Shown: piece by piece, positions 8,391 through 17,362 of the stretch
How positions within the stretch are numbered: position 1 is the stretch's first letter
How the letters are laid out: the number at the start of each line of letters is the position of its first letter
Origin: Fidelibacterota bacterium
GTDB taxonomy: Bacteria > Fidelibacterota > Marinisomatia > Marinisomatales > S15-B10
Reading direction: 5' to 3'
DNA length: 21,974 bases
Assembly (NCBI GenBank): GCA_046861655.1
Contig: JBHIAI010000018.1
Coordinates: forward strand, 1 to 21,974
Translations under genes and position numbers: made by a program
Notes under the pieces: generated by a model
Databases searched by the model: none
Seen by the model: only the letters and a program-made list of their open reading frames with translations
Told to the model about the DNA's origin: nothing

Positions 8391-9703
8391 CCGCTGTTCC
8401 CTCTGCCCATACTTTCGAACCTGAAATTCAGTCGCTTCAACTCAGAAGGATTCAATATGTTTCGGGCGTCCACCATGGCTCTTTGCTTCACCAGACCGGC
8501 CACCGCCTCCAGATCCATGCCCCGGAATTCATGCCATTCGGTCATCACCACGATGGCTTCCGCACCCGTCACCGCTTCATCCAGACTCTCGCAGTATTCG
8601 ACCTGAGGAAACAGGGCCGCCATGTTGTCCATGGCTTCCGGATCGAAAGCCCTGACCCTTCCCCCCGAGTCTAACACGTGTTGAATGACCGGAATGGCGG
8701 GCGACTGGCGAACATCGTCGGTGTTGGACTTGAACGCCAGACCCAGGACGGCTATGGTCTTCCCTTCGATGACATCATCGAGGACACGCTCCAGCTTCGC
8801 AATCACTCGCTGCCGTTGATGCTCATTGGCCCTGACAGCGGCCTTGATGACACCCAGCTCCACCCCTCGCTCTTCCCCCTGATGAACGAAGGCCAGCGTA
8901 TCCTTGGGAAAACACGATCCCCCAAACCCCGGACCTGGATGCAGGAACTTGGGACTGATACGACCGTCAAGGCCCATGCCTCGTGCCACAACATGAACAT
9001 CGGCCCCCGTCGCATCGCAGAGATTGGCCATCTCGTTGATAAACGAGATCTTCGTCGCCAGAAAGGCGTTGGAAGCATACTTGATGGTTTCGGCCGTCAC
9101 TATGTCGGTAATCACCATGGGCGTTTCATTGATAAAGAGAGGCCGGTATACCTCCCTCAAGATTCCCAGCGCCCGGTCGGAATCACTCCCAATGACCACA
9201 CGGTTGGGAATCAGGAAGTCCCTGACTGCAGCCCCCTCCCGGAGAAATTCCGGATTGGAAACGATATCGAAATCGTGATCCCCAGCCGCATGCTCACGAA
9301 TCATGCTTCTCACCAGCTCACCGGTCCCGATGGGAACCGTGCTCTTGGTGCAGATAACCTTGTATCCGTTCAGATTCCTCCCAATGGTCCTGGAAACCTC
9401 CTTCACCGCGGACAGATCTGCCTTCCCGTCCTTCCCTTCCGGAGTCCACACCGCAATAAAGATCACCTCCGAGCTCCTCACGGCGTTACCCACATCCGTG
9501 GTAAACCTCAGCCTTTCTGCCTCAACATTTCTTGAGACCAGCTCAGCCAGCCCGGGCTCAAAAAACGGAATTTCACCATTCTGGAGCTGACCGATTCTTT
9601 CTCCGTTTACGTCGGAGCAAATGACCTCGTTGCCGAAATCTGAAAGACCAGCGCCACTCACGAGGCCCACGTAGCCCGTGCCGATGATTGCGATTTCTTT
9701 CAT
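8387..9703 (-). CDS. ugd: UDP-glucose/GDP-mannose 6-dehydrogenase
   Basis: GTGYVG Rossmann motif, KSTVP.GT, SNPEFLREG, KYASNAFLA.KISFINE, catalytic GFGGSCFPKD, GLAFK.NTDD.R.SP. Confidence 0.96.
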   Translation of the reverse strand: MKEIAIIGTGYVGLVSGAGLSDFGNEVICSDVNGERIGQLQNGEIPFFEPGLAELVSRNVEAERLRFTTDVGNAVRSSEVIFIAVWTPEGKDGKADLSAVKEVSRTIGRNLNGYKVICTKSTVPIGTGELVRSMIREHAAGDHDFDIVSNPEFLREGAAVRDFLIPNRVVIGSDSDRALGILREVYRPLFINETPMVITDIVTAETIKYASNAFLATKISFINEMANLCDATGADVHVVARGMGLDGRISPKFLHPGPGFGGSCFPKDTLAFVHQGEERGVELGVIKAAVRANEHQRQRVIAKLERVLDDVIEGKTIAVLGLAFKSNTDDVRQSPAIPVIQHVLDSGGRVRAFDPEAMDNMAALFPQVEYCESLDEAVTGAEAIVVMTEWHEFRGMDLEAVAGLVKQRAMVDARNILNPSELKRLNFRFESMGRGNSG

Positions 9704-9729
9704 ACCTTATGCACTACGATTGGACCTGA

Positions 9730-9758
9730 AAACTACCATCCTGCAAAGGGAATGTCAA
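9730..9758 (-). promoter_or_regulatory. Sigma70-type promoter of the polysaccharide operon
   Basis: Minus strand: perfect TTGACA (9758-9753), 17-nt spacer, extended -10 TGG-TAGTTT (9735-9730), about 27 nt upstream of the ugd ATG. Confidence 0.75.
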
Positions 9759-9764
9759 ACACTT

Positions 9765-9799
9765 AGGAGTGCAGAATTCCAACAAAACCCTGCACTCCT
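9765..9799 (-). terminator. Inverted repeat/hairpin after the VWA gene (possible terminator or operator)
   Basis: Perfect 10-bp arms AGGAGTGCAG (9765-9774) and CTGCACTCCT (9790-9799). On the minus-strand RNA the stem extends via G-U pairs. It starts 8 nt after the stop at 9808 but has no strong U tract. Confidence 0.5.
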
Positions 9800-9807
9800 G
9801 GGGACCC

Positions 9808-11991
9808 CTATTGCAGGCCGAAAAGCCTGCGAACAGTCCACTCGGCCGTGAGGAACACGATCAGGACAATTCCCAGAGGAAGCCAGTGACTGACATGGAA
9901 GGTCCTGGCGGTCCTCGTCACCCGGGAGGAAAAGGTTACGTATTTCCCCACTTCCAACCTCCGGGACCAGGGCAGATACACGCCGCCGGTGGCTTCAGAC
10001 AGATCCTTCAGGAGTTTTTCGTTCAGGAACACCCGGTTCAATTCTATCTGACTCTCTTCCACCCTGAATGTTCCTGTATGCCGCCCGAGGACAATTCCCT
10101 GGGCCTCGGCTTCAATGACATAGTTGTACGTCCCAGGTCTGGCCGCGAAGAGGGTGGCCTCCCACCCTTTGTCAGGAGAAAACGCCAGAGGGTACGAGCG
10201 GATGTCACCAGTTTCCCGGTCTTCCAGGAAGAGGGTAACCTCCAAATCTTCCGATGGGAATTGCCCCAGGTCCAGTACAGACCCGGAAACATAGATCGTT
10301 TCCCCCTGCTGGTACGTGGACTTGTTCAGCCGAACGTAGACCCCGTCATCCCCTCCCTTCTTCGCCAGCCAGCTGAGGGCCCTTTCCCACCATCGTTGAG
10401 TGAAATCTGACGTCTCCGTAAACTGGGTTTTGAAGTGAAGTTGCCAGAGATCGGCGGAGGTAAACGTCACCACCCGGAGGACCTTCCCCGGTGCCTGGGG
10501 GAGGGCCACCGTTCCAGCCGTAAACAGCGGAATTCTCCCGGGGCCCTCCAGGTATGCCTGGACGGAAACTCCTTCGGATACGGGTGCAGCGAGTAGGGTC
10601 GGTCTCAAGGGAGGAAGGGAACCCGGGGAAGGACTTTCTCTAGAGAGAACCCCGGCCCCGGAAAAAATAGCATGGCTGAACCTCTCCTCTGAAAATCCTA
10701 CAGGATAGGGTCGATCCGGATCCACCTCTGCTTCCAGCGGTTCAAGCCCAAGCAGAGGCATGAATACTCGGAAATCCCCTCCCGAAACATCGGGGCCCGC
10801 AACGAAGGCCAGGGCAGCGGGGAATCGCTCCAGTTTTCGGGCCAGATCATTGATCCACTGCCCCGGAATGGAATTCTTTCCAAGATTGTCCAGGACGATC
10901 ACGTCGTAGTTTGTCCCCCAGAACGATACCAGGGGAGGAGACCACCGGTTCCCCAACTTGACGAAGTGATCGATCTCAAACCCGTCCGATCTCCGAAGAA
11001 CCCGCTTTAGAAACATCGTATTCGGCGATGGCGTTCCCGTCAGCAGCGCCACCCGGAATCGATCCTTGAGGGTCGTAATCACGAAGGTGGCACGGTTGTT
11101 CAGAATGTTGATTTCGTCCTTGAGGGAGGATACCTGTACTCGGTACTCCTCTGTCCCGGGATTCTCCAGACGGAACTGGAACCTCACCGTCCTCACCGAC
11201 CCCCGTCCCTCCAGCATGACTACCTTCGAACCCAGCAGTTTCTTCCCCCGGTTGAGGGTTACGTGAACCCTCTGCCTGAACTGTCCCACCGACGAAATGA
11301 ACACCGTGGCCGTGGGCGCATCTCCGCGAACACCCACCATCGGGACCTCCACTTTTTCCACATGAATATCGACCATGGGGGTGAGTTCCCCTATCCCTAT
11401 GGTGTGAACGGGGACGTCCAAATCCTTCGCCAGGTCCCGGGGATCGCCCCCCATCGTTATCTGTCCGTCCGTTACCACCACGATCCCCGCCAGGTACTCC
11501 TGACCGGGGACGTCCTCAAAATCCTTCACCACCCGGGAAAGATGGGTGGTCGGTTCAGAGAAATCCAGATGAAAGTCCTCCTCGTCAATCCTCTGAATCT
11601 CCGATCCGAAGGAATACAGGTCCACCCGGGGGGCGTCCGCTGAATGGTTTCTGGCAGCATCCCGAAGCAGGGAGGCTATTTCCCGGTACCCATTCGTAAG
11701 CGAGCTGCTGGAAATGGTCTGGTGATAAGCCGCGCTGACAGAATTGTCAAGAAACACTTTCACAACGGGTTTTCTCAACCGCACGGACGTCCACGAAAGG
11801 ACCACGTCAGAAAGGAGCACAACCGAAAGGAGAATGATCCCGGCCCGGAGCAGGGCGGGAATGAGATACCGCGTACGCTCCCGGCGTCTGTGAATCCCGT
11901 AGCTCCAGATGGCCAGGACCAGCCCCAGCAGGAAAACCGGCGGAAGGATCCAGACGGGAATCCCGTCGCCGGCAGAAAAAAAACTGGTCAT
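9808..11991 (-). CDS. Membrane-anchored VWA-domain protein with Ig-like and GATase-like (DUF1355-type) regions
   Basis: Two N-terminal TMs; MIDAS-like FLDNSVS, VVVTDG and VHTIGIG; an E....NN Ig-like segment; a YDVIVLDN segment; C-terminal L..LSEATGG and a TM ending LTAEWTVRR..GL, typical of this family. Confidence 0.75.
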   Translation of the reverse strand: MTSFFSAGDGIPVWILPPVFLLGLVLAIWSYGIHRRRERTRYLIPALLRAGIILLSVVLLSDVVLSWTSVRLRKPVVKVFLDNSVSAAYHQTISSSSLTNGYREIASLLRDAARNHSADAPRVDLYSFGSEIQRIDEEDFHLDFSEPTTHLSRVVKDFEDVPGQEYLAGIVVVTDGQITMGGDPRDLAKDLDVPVHTIGIGELTPMVDIHVEKVEVPMVGVRGDAPTATVFISSVGQFRQRVHVTLNRGKKLLGSKVVMLEGRGSVRTVRFQFRLENPGTEEYRVQVSSLKDEINILNNRATFVITTLKDRFRVALLTGTPSPNTMFLKRVLRRSDGFEIDHFVKLGNRWSPPLVSFWGTNYDVIVLDNLGKNSIPGQWINDLARKLERFPAALAFVAGPDVSGGDFRVFMPLLGLEPLEAEVDPDRPYPVGFSEERFSHAIFSGAGVLSRESPSPGSLPPLRPTLLAAPVSEGVSVQAYLEGPGRIPLFTAGTVALPQAPGKVLRVVTFTSADLWQLHFKTQFTETSDFTQRWWERALSWLAKKGGDDGVYVRLNKSTYQQGETIYVSGSVLDLGQFPSEDLEVTLFLEDRETGDIRSYPLAFSPDKGWEATLFAARPGTYNYVIEAEAQGIVLGRHTGTFRVEESQIELNRVFLNEKLLKDLSEATGGVYLPWSRRLEVGKYVTFSSRVTRTARTFHVSHWLPLGIVLIVFLTAEWTVRRLFGLQ

Positions 11992-11994
11992 GGA

Positions 11995-12993
11995 TCAGCC
12001 GGAAAGCCGCAGATTGGGAACGACGGTCAGATCGAGGGGCATTTCCCCGGGGGATTCCTCCAGATATCTTTCGCCCAGGAAGGCCACCATGGCCCCGTTG
12101 TCCGTGCACAGCGGCGCAGGGGGGTAAAGGACTGCACAATCCGTCAGTACGTTCCGGGCGAGGATCCGGAGCTGCTCATTCGCGGCGACTCCCCCTGCGA
12201 TGACCGCCACCTGGATCCCCGTTCGTTCCACCGCCTGCTTCAGTTTGGACACGAGAACGGATACGATCGCTTTCTGATAGCTTGCCGCCACATCAGAAAG
12301 ACTATCCCCTTTCGGGGGGGACTCAAGCTTTTTCACATAATTCAAAAGAGAGGTCTTCAGTCCGCTAAAACTGAATTCAATGGCGTTTGATGTCAGGAAC
12401 GCCTGGGGAAAATCCACCGCGTCCTCATTGCCGCCCCGGGCCGCCCTCTCAATGACAGGACCTCCGGGAAAACCCAGCCCCAGTATGCGAGCTCCCTTGT
12501 CAAAGGCCTCCCCCGCCGCATCATCCCGAGTCTCTCCCAGAAGATCGTAACGGCCCAGGCCATCCACCCTCCAGATCTGGGTGTGGCCCCCGGAAACCAG
12601 GAGGCAAAGAAAAGGGAACTCGAGATCCGGATAGGCAATGAAATTGGCAAAGATGTGAGCTTCAATGTGATCGATTCCTAGACAAATAACGCCTGTGCCC
12701 CGGGCCAGCCCCTGGGCGAAAGAGACTCCCGTGAGAAGGGCACCCATGAGTCCCGGCCCCCGTGTGGCAGCAATGCCGTCAAGATCCTCCAGGGTGATTC
12801 CCGACCGGTTCAGAGAGGCTTGAACCACACGGGTAAGGAATCTCTCATGCTCCCTGGAGGCCACTTCAGGGACCACACCTCCGTACCGTGAATGGATACC
12901 CTGGGACGATACCACCGACGCAAGGATGACACCGTCCCTCGAAATGGCAGCCGCCGTTTCATCGCAGGATGTCTCGATACCGAGAACGGTCAT
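11995..12993 (-). CDS. tsaD: tRNA N6-adenosine threonylcarbamoyltransferase
   Basis: LGIETSCDETAAA, YGGVVPEVASREH, GPGL, HIEAH, LVSGGHT, GETRDDAAGEAFDK, FSFSGLKT, GGVAAN, CTDNGAM. Confidence 0.97.
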   Translation of the reverse strand: MTVLGIETSCDETAAAISRDGVILASVVSSQGIHSRYGGVVPEVASREHERFLTRVVQASLNRSGITLEDLDGIAATRGPGLMGALLTGVSFAQGLARGTGVICLGIDHIEAHIFANFIAYPDLEFPFLCLLVSGGHTQIWRVDGLGRYDLLGETRDDAAGEAFDKGARILGLGFPGGPVIERAARGGNEDAVDFPQAFLTSNAIEFSFSGLKTSLLNYVKKLESPPKGDSLSDVAASYQKAIVSVLVSKLKQAVERTGIQVAVIAGGVAANEQLRILARNVLTDCAVLYPPAPLCTDNGAMVAFLGERYLEESPGEMPLDLTVVPNLRLSG

Positions 12994-13976
12994 TCAGTGA
13001 TTCTGGCGACAACCAGTTCAATGCTGTTGGGGGAAAGGTCCCTCCACTTGATCACGTCCTCAGGGACCCTGACGGTGGGGGTGTAGTAGAGTTGATCCTT
13101 CTCCCACTGGGCCTGAAAATCCAGAAGAACCTCTATGGTAGAGGGCTGTAAAGCGCTGATGTAATCCACGCCGCCTGTTACCGCCAGGGATACCGTACTG
13201 GGGTTGGCAAAGACCCGGATGTCTTCCGGCTTATTGAGAACGACCACAGGAACCCCGCTGATGATCCTCTCCCCGATTTCCTGAATGTTCGCCTGCAGCC
13301 GGACGGCCGGAGGGGAAGCCTCAACTACCCGGGCGAAATCGAGATTCACCGGGAGAGTGACATCTACAGGATCCTGCATGTTAAGATACTCCGCGAATTC
13401 CGTCTCGACCGTATCCACCTGCCGTATGATTTCCTTGGGACCTTTGAGTTCGATGGTCTCCGGGTCCACCGATAATGATCCCACCTGAATGAATCCCTGC
13501 GCTGGCTCCACCACAATACCGGCGACCACCTGGACCGGCTTGATCATGTAGTCGGTCAGGTCAATATCGATGGAAAGGGGATCCACCACCTCCACGAATT
13601 CAATCTCGAACCCTTTGGGAACCACTATGTTCTGATGGTACCGGTCGTAGTACTCGTTGAGATCAAAATGGTATTCCGTGCTGATGCGTTCCAGGTCGAG
13701 CACCAGCTTGAAATCGGTAATGGACTTCAGGAGCAACGACTTCAGGAGGGCACGGCCGGTGCCCTGGAATCTTACATGGGCCGTGTGAGGGGTCTCCCAG
13801 CGAAGGGTCTTACCCTCTTTGATATTCCGGATCTGGATGGGAATCTCAATAACATGACTGTACTCGTGCTCCGAGATGACAAACAACCAGAGAATGGCGG
13901 CAAAAAGTCCGGCCCCTACCCAGATGCGAAGATTTCCCACCTCCACCACATTCCTGAGTGAAGACGGCTTTGCCAT
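12990..13976 (-). CDS. YbbR/CdaR-like domain protein
   Basis: N-terminal TM (LFAAILWLFV) followed by repeated beta-rich P..V.L.GP units characteristic of YbbR domains; ATGA overlap with tsaD. Confidence 0.8.
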   Translation of the reverse strand: MAKPSSLRNVVEVGNLRIWVGAGLFAAILWLFVISEHEYSHVIEIPIQIRNIKEGKTLRWETPHTAHVRFQGTGRALLKSLLLKSITDFKLVLDLERISTEYHFDLNEYYDRYHQNIVVPKGFEIEFVEVVDPLSIDIDLTDYMIKPVQVVAGIVVEPAQGFIQVGSLSVDPETIELKGPKEIIRQVDTVETEFAEYLNMQDPVDVTLPVNLDFARVVEASPPAVRLQANIQEIGERIISGVPVVVLNKPEDIRVFANPSTVSLAVTGGVDYISALQPSTIEVLLDFQAQWEKDQLYYTPTVRVPEDVIKWRDLSPNSIELVVARITE

Positions 13977-15791
13977 CTAAGACGAGGGATCCGGTTGGTC
14001 CTGGTCATCGGTCTCGGTCCCGGCGGATTCGTCAGCGGATGCCTCGGCCGTTTCCACCAGATTCATCACCACCTTCTTGTCTTCCGCCTCTACCCTGACC
14101 ACCTCTCCCGTGATCTGCGTTCCGGGCTCGAACTTCTCCAGGATCTCCTGTCTGTTCTTCCGGGGAAGGCTTCGAGCGGGAATGATTCCCTCCACATCCA
14201 TCTCCAGCTGGAGAATGATCCCCTTGTCCAAAGAGCGGATTACCTCTCCCGAAAACGTTTTCCCGACTTCGAAATGCTGGGTGATGGCGGGCCAGGGATC
14301 CTCAGTGGTCTGCTTCAGTCCCAGGGCAATCCGCCGGCTGGTGGGGGAAACGTCTAGAATCCGTACCTCCACTTCCTCCCCCTTCTGTACCACTTCCCTG
14401 GGGTGCCGGATAACCTTGGTCCAGGACATGTCAGAAATATGAATCAGGCCGTCAATACCTTCTTCCATTTCCACGAAAGCACCGAATTGAGTCAGATTTC
14501 TTACCGTTCCCTTGTGAACGGAATCCACAGGATACCGGACGTCTACCCCTTCCCAGGGATCTGGCTGAAGCTGTTTGAATCCGAGGGCGATCTTCCTGTC
14601 TTCCTCGTCCACGCTGAGAACCTGGGCCTCAACTGTGTCGCCCAGCTCCACCACCTCTGACGGATGCCTGATGTTTCGCGTCCATGACATCTCGGATACG
14701 TGGACCAGTCCTTCTACCCCTTTTTCGATTTCCACAAAGGCACCGTAATTGGTCATGCTGACCACTTTCCCCTCCACCTTCTCGCCTACCTGATACTTGT
14801 CGGAGATGTTTTCCCACGGATGAGGTGTGAGCTGTTTAAGACCCAGGGAGATGCGCTGCCTCTCCTGATCCACATCGATAATCTTTACGTTGAGCTCATC
14901 GCCGATATTCACCATATCGGATGGATGATTGACCCTCCCCCAGGAAAGATCTGTAATGTGAAGGAGGCCGTCCACTCCTCCAAGATCTATGAAGACGCCG
15001 AAATCGGTGATATTCTTCACCCGGCCCTCCACAATCTGACCTACCTCAATCTCCTTGAACAGGGCTTTTCTCTGTTCCCGGAGGGTATCTTCAAGGAGGG
15101 CCTTTCTGGACAGGACGATGTTCTTTCTCAATCTGTTGAGCTTAACGATGCGAAACTCCATTTCCTGACCCAGGTACTGGTCGAAGTCCTGAACAGGCCG
15201 AACGTCAATCTGGGAGCCCGGTAAGAAAGCCTGTATGCCGTCCAGATCCACCACCATTCCCCCTTTGATCCGGCGGACAATTTTTCCGTCCACCGTCTCC
15301 TTGTTTTCATAGACCTCCACAATCTTGTTCCACCGTTTCATCCAGTCTGCTTTTTCCTTCGAAAGGATGGTTTGTCCACTGGAGTCCTCCATCCGCTCCA
15401 GGTAAACATCCAGAACATCACCTATGGATGGCGTTTCTTCATCCATGAAGTCCGAACGGGGGATGATTCCCTCAGACTTGAATCCGATGTCCATGATGAT
15501 TTCTTTTTCGTTCTGACCGATAACCCGGCCCGTGACAATCTGGTGCTGACCGATATCAGAAAGGGTCTCCAAATACCTCGAGAGTTGATCGGGACCCACT
15601 TTTTCGTCTATGTCTTCGGTTTCCTCAAGGTCGCCATAGGTCACCCGTTTGACGTTTTCGAACAACTGGGGATCCAGGTAGTCCGTCGTTTCCGGACCGG
15701 CCAGGCTGTTGTCCTGTTCTGTGTCGCCGGAGGAACTCGCCTGGGCTTCCCCGTTAAGATCTTCGGTACCGACCTTCTCTTCCTCTTCCAT
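13977..15791 (-). CDS. rpsA: 30S ribosomal protein S1
   Basis: Six S1 repeats (DIGFKSEG, AFLPGSQID, DGLLHITDLSW, EGLVHVSEMSW, DGLIHISDMSW); directly downstream of cmk. Confidence 0.97.
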   Translation of the reverse strand: MEEEEKVGTEDLNGEAQASSSGDTEQDNSLAGPETTDYLDPQLFENVKRVTYGDLEETEDIDEKVGPDQLSRYLETLSDIGQHQIVTGRVIGQNEKEIIMDIGFKSEGIIPRSDFMDEETPSIGDVLDVYLERMEDSSGQTILSKEKADWMKRWNKIVEVYENKETVDGKIVRRIKGGMVVDLDGIQAFLPGSQIDVRPVQDFDQYLGQEMEFRIVKLNRLRKNIVLSRKALLEDTLREQRKALFKEIEVGQIVEGRVKNITDFGVFIDLGGVDGLLHITDLSWGRVNHPSDMVNIGDELNVKIIDVDQERQRISLGLKQLTPHPWENISDKYQVGEKVEGKVVSMTNYGAFVEIEKGVEGLVHVSEMSWTRNIRHPSEVVELGDTVEAQVLSVDEEDRKIALGFKQLQPDPWEGVDVRYPVDSVHKGTVRNLTQFGAFVEMEEGIDGLIHISDMSWTKVIRHPREVVQKGEEVEVRILDVSPTSRRIALGLKQTTEDPWPAITQHFEVGKTFSGEVIRSLDKGIILQLEMDVEGIIPARSLPRKNRQEILEKFEPGTQITGEVVRVEAEDKKVVMNLVETAEASADESAGTETDDQDQPDPSS

Positions 15792-16472
15792 TTACGTTTT
15801 GTCTCCTCTCTTTGCCAACCTCAACTTCACACGGTTGACAATGAATTGTATTTGCTCCTCGATGGTCAGGGCTGTGGTGTCCACTTCCACCGCATCCTCC
15901 GCCTTCAACAGCGGAGAATGACGTCTGCCCGAATCCTTCTGATCCCTCCGTCTAAGATCGTCAATGATCTCCTCCACGGGTTGCCGAATACCCAGTCTTT
16001 TGAGATCCTTTTGCCGGCGTCTGGCCCGGGTGGGGTAGTCCGCCACTAGATAGAATTTCAAGTCAGCGTCAGGGAACACAACCGTTCCCACATCCCGTCC
16101 CTCAACCACAGAGTCGTGTTTGCCGGCAAACTTTCTCTGAATGGCCACTAGGTTTTTTCTCACGGATGGGTGGGCACTCACCGTGCTCACATGAGCCGTG
16201 ACATCCGGTCCACGGATCTTTTCAGAGACGTCCCCGGTCCCAAGAAAAATCCGTGTCCTGGAGTTCTTGGTCCGAAATGTAAGGCGTAGCGCGGGAAGGA
16301 GGTTCCCGATGGCCTGCTCGTCCCCGGGATCAATACCCGCCTCCAGAACGGCCAGTGTCACCGCCCGGTACATAGCGCCCGTATCCAGATAGATGAATCC
16401 CAGTTTCCGGGCGACCCCTTCTGCCGTGGTGCTCTTACCCGATGCGGCCGGACCATCAATCGCGACGATCAC
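15792..16472 (-). CDS. cmk: Cytidylate kinase
   Basis: AIDGPAASGKST, LDTGAMYRAV, EGRDVGTVVFPDA, RD..DS.R..SPL..A.DA..VDTT. Confidence 0.97.
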   Translation of the reverse strand: MIVAIDGPAASGKSTTAEGVARKLGFIYLDTGAMYRAVTLAVLEAGIDPGDEQAIGNLLPALRLTFRTKNSRTRIFLGTGDVSEKIRGPDVTAHVSTVSAHPSVRKNLVAIQRKFAGKHDSVVEGRDVGTVVFPDADLKFYLVADYPTRARRRQKDLKRLGIRQPVEEIIDDLRRRDQKDSGRRHSPLLKAEDAVEVDTTALTIEEQIQFIVNRVKLRLAKRGDKT

Positions 16473-16553
16473 GCCGCGTCCCCAGCCGCCGGGCGGCCTG
16501 AGTGTGAAAACGTTAGAATCAAAGGTATGTTCTGAAGTTTCAAAAAGCTAAAA

Positions 16554-16582
16554 AATTTAATCACCCCTTCAGCAATACCCAA
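16554..16582 (-). promoter_or_regulatory. Putative sigma70 promoter for cmk-rpsA-ybbR-tsaD
   Basis: Minus strand TTGGGT (16582-16577), 17 nt, TAAATT (16559-16554) in an AT-rich gap; same -10 hexamer as the candidate at 21020-21048. Confidence 0.45.
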
Positions 16583-16621
16583 ACACTATCCCCACCCTGG
16601 TTACTGGTTGCTGGTCCCTGC

Positions 16622-17362
16622 CTACTGCCAACTCGTCCTTTCCATCAATTCCTTCACCTCGGAGGACGTCAACTGTCTCCACCGACCCGGAGCTAACCCC
16701 TCCGCCCGGAATCCCGCGAAGGACTCCCGGTGAAGATGGATCACCCGGTAGCCGAGAGCTGAAACCATCCGGCGAATCTCCCGCTTTTTCCCGTGAGTGA
16801 GCCGCAGCTGAACGCAGGCTAACGATTTCCCGCGATCGCGAGAAACTCCTCCTTCTTGCCCCAATACCTGAGCCTGCCCCTTTTCCCCCTGTCCAATCTC
16901 AACACCCCTTTCGATTTTCCTGAGGTCTTTCTCCGGTATGGGCCTGTCTACAGTCACGTTGTAGATTTTTTCCACTTCGAATTTCGGGTGGGTGAGACGG
17001 TAGGCCAGATCGCCATCATTGGTGAGCAGCAAGACACCCGTGGTGTCCCTGTCCAGTCTGCCCACAGGGAACAGACGCTCCTCACTCTTTATGGGGTCGA
17101 GAACCGTCGGTCGGCCCCGATCATCCCGAACGGTCGTCAGGACCCCCTTTCGCTTGTTCAGAAGGACTACCACTGTTTCAACCGCCGGGAAAACCTGTTC
17201 GCCGTCCAGGGTGACTCTGTTGTCACGGGAAACCTCCTGAAAGGGATTCGTTACAGTCTCCCCGTTTACCTCAACCCTCCCTGACCGGACAAGATTCACG
17301 CTTTTTCGGCGGGAAGCAATCCCCGAAGCAGCAAGATACCGGTTAAGCCGCACTCCGTTCAA
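16622..17362 (-). CDS. rluB: 23S rRNA pseudouridine synthase (RsuA/RluB family)
   Basis: S4 domain (RLNRYLAASGIASRRK), catalytic PVGRLDRDTTGVLLLTNDG, G.KREIRRM; follows scpB, the usual arrangement. Confidence 0.9.
   Translation of the reverse strand: MNGVRLNRYLAASGIASRRKSVNLVRSGRVEVNGETVTNPFQEVSRDNRVTLDGEQVFPAVETVVVLLNKRKGVLTTVRDDRGRPTVLDPIKSEERLFPVGRLDRDTTGVLLLTNDGDLAYRLTHPKFEVEKIYNVTVDRPIPEKDLRKIERGVEIGQGEKGQAQVLGQEGGVSRDRGKSLACVQLRLTHGKKREIRRMVSALGYRVIHLHRESFAGFRAEGLAPGRWRQLTSSEVKELMERTSWQ

Noticed and set aside
9704..9729. ops/JUMPstart antitermination element in the polysaccharide operon leader
   Set aside because: No GGCGGTAG-like sequence in this short leader or in the other intergenic gaps.
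13977..15500. Repeated DNA/protein motifs within rpsA
   Set aside because: Ordinary S1-domain repeats, not a repeat array or CRISPR.
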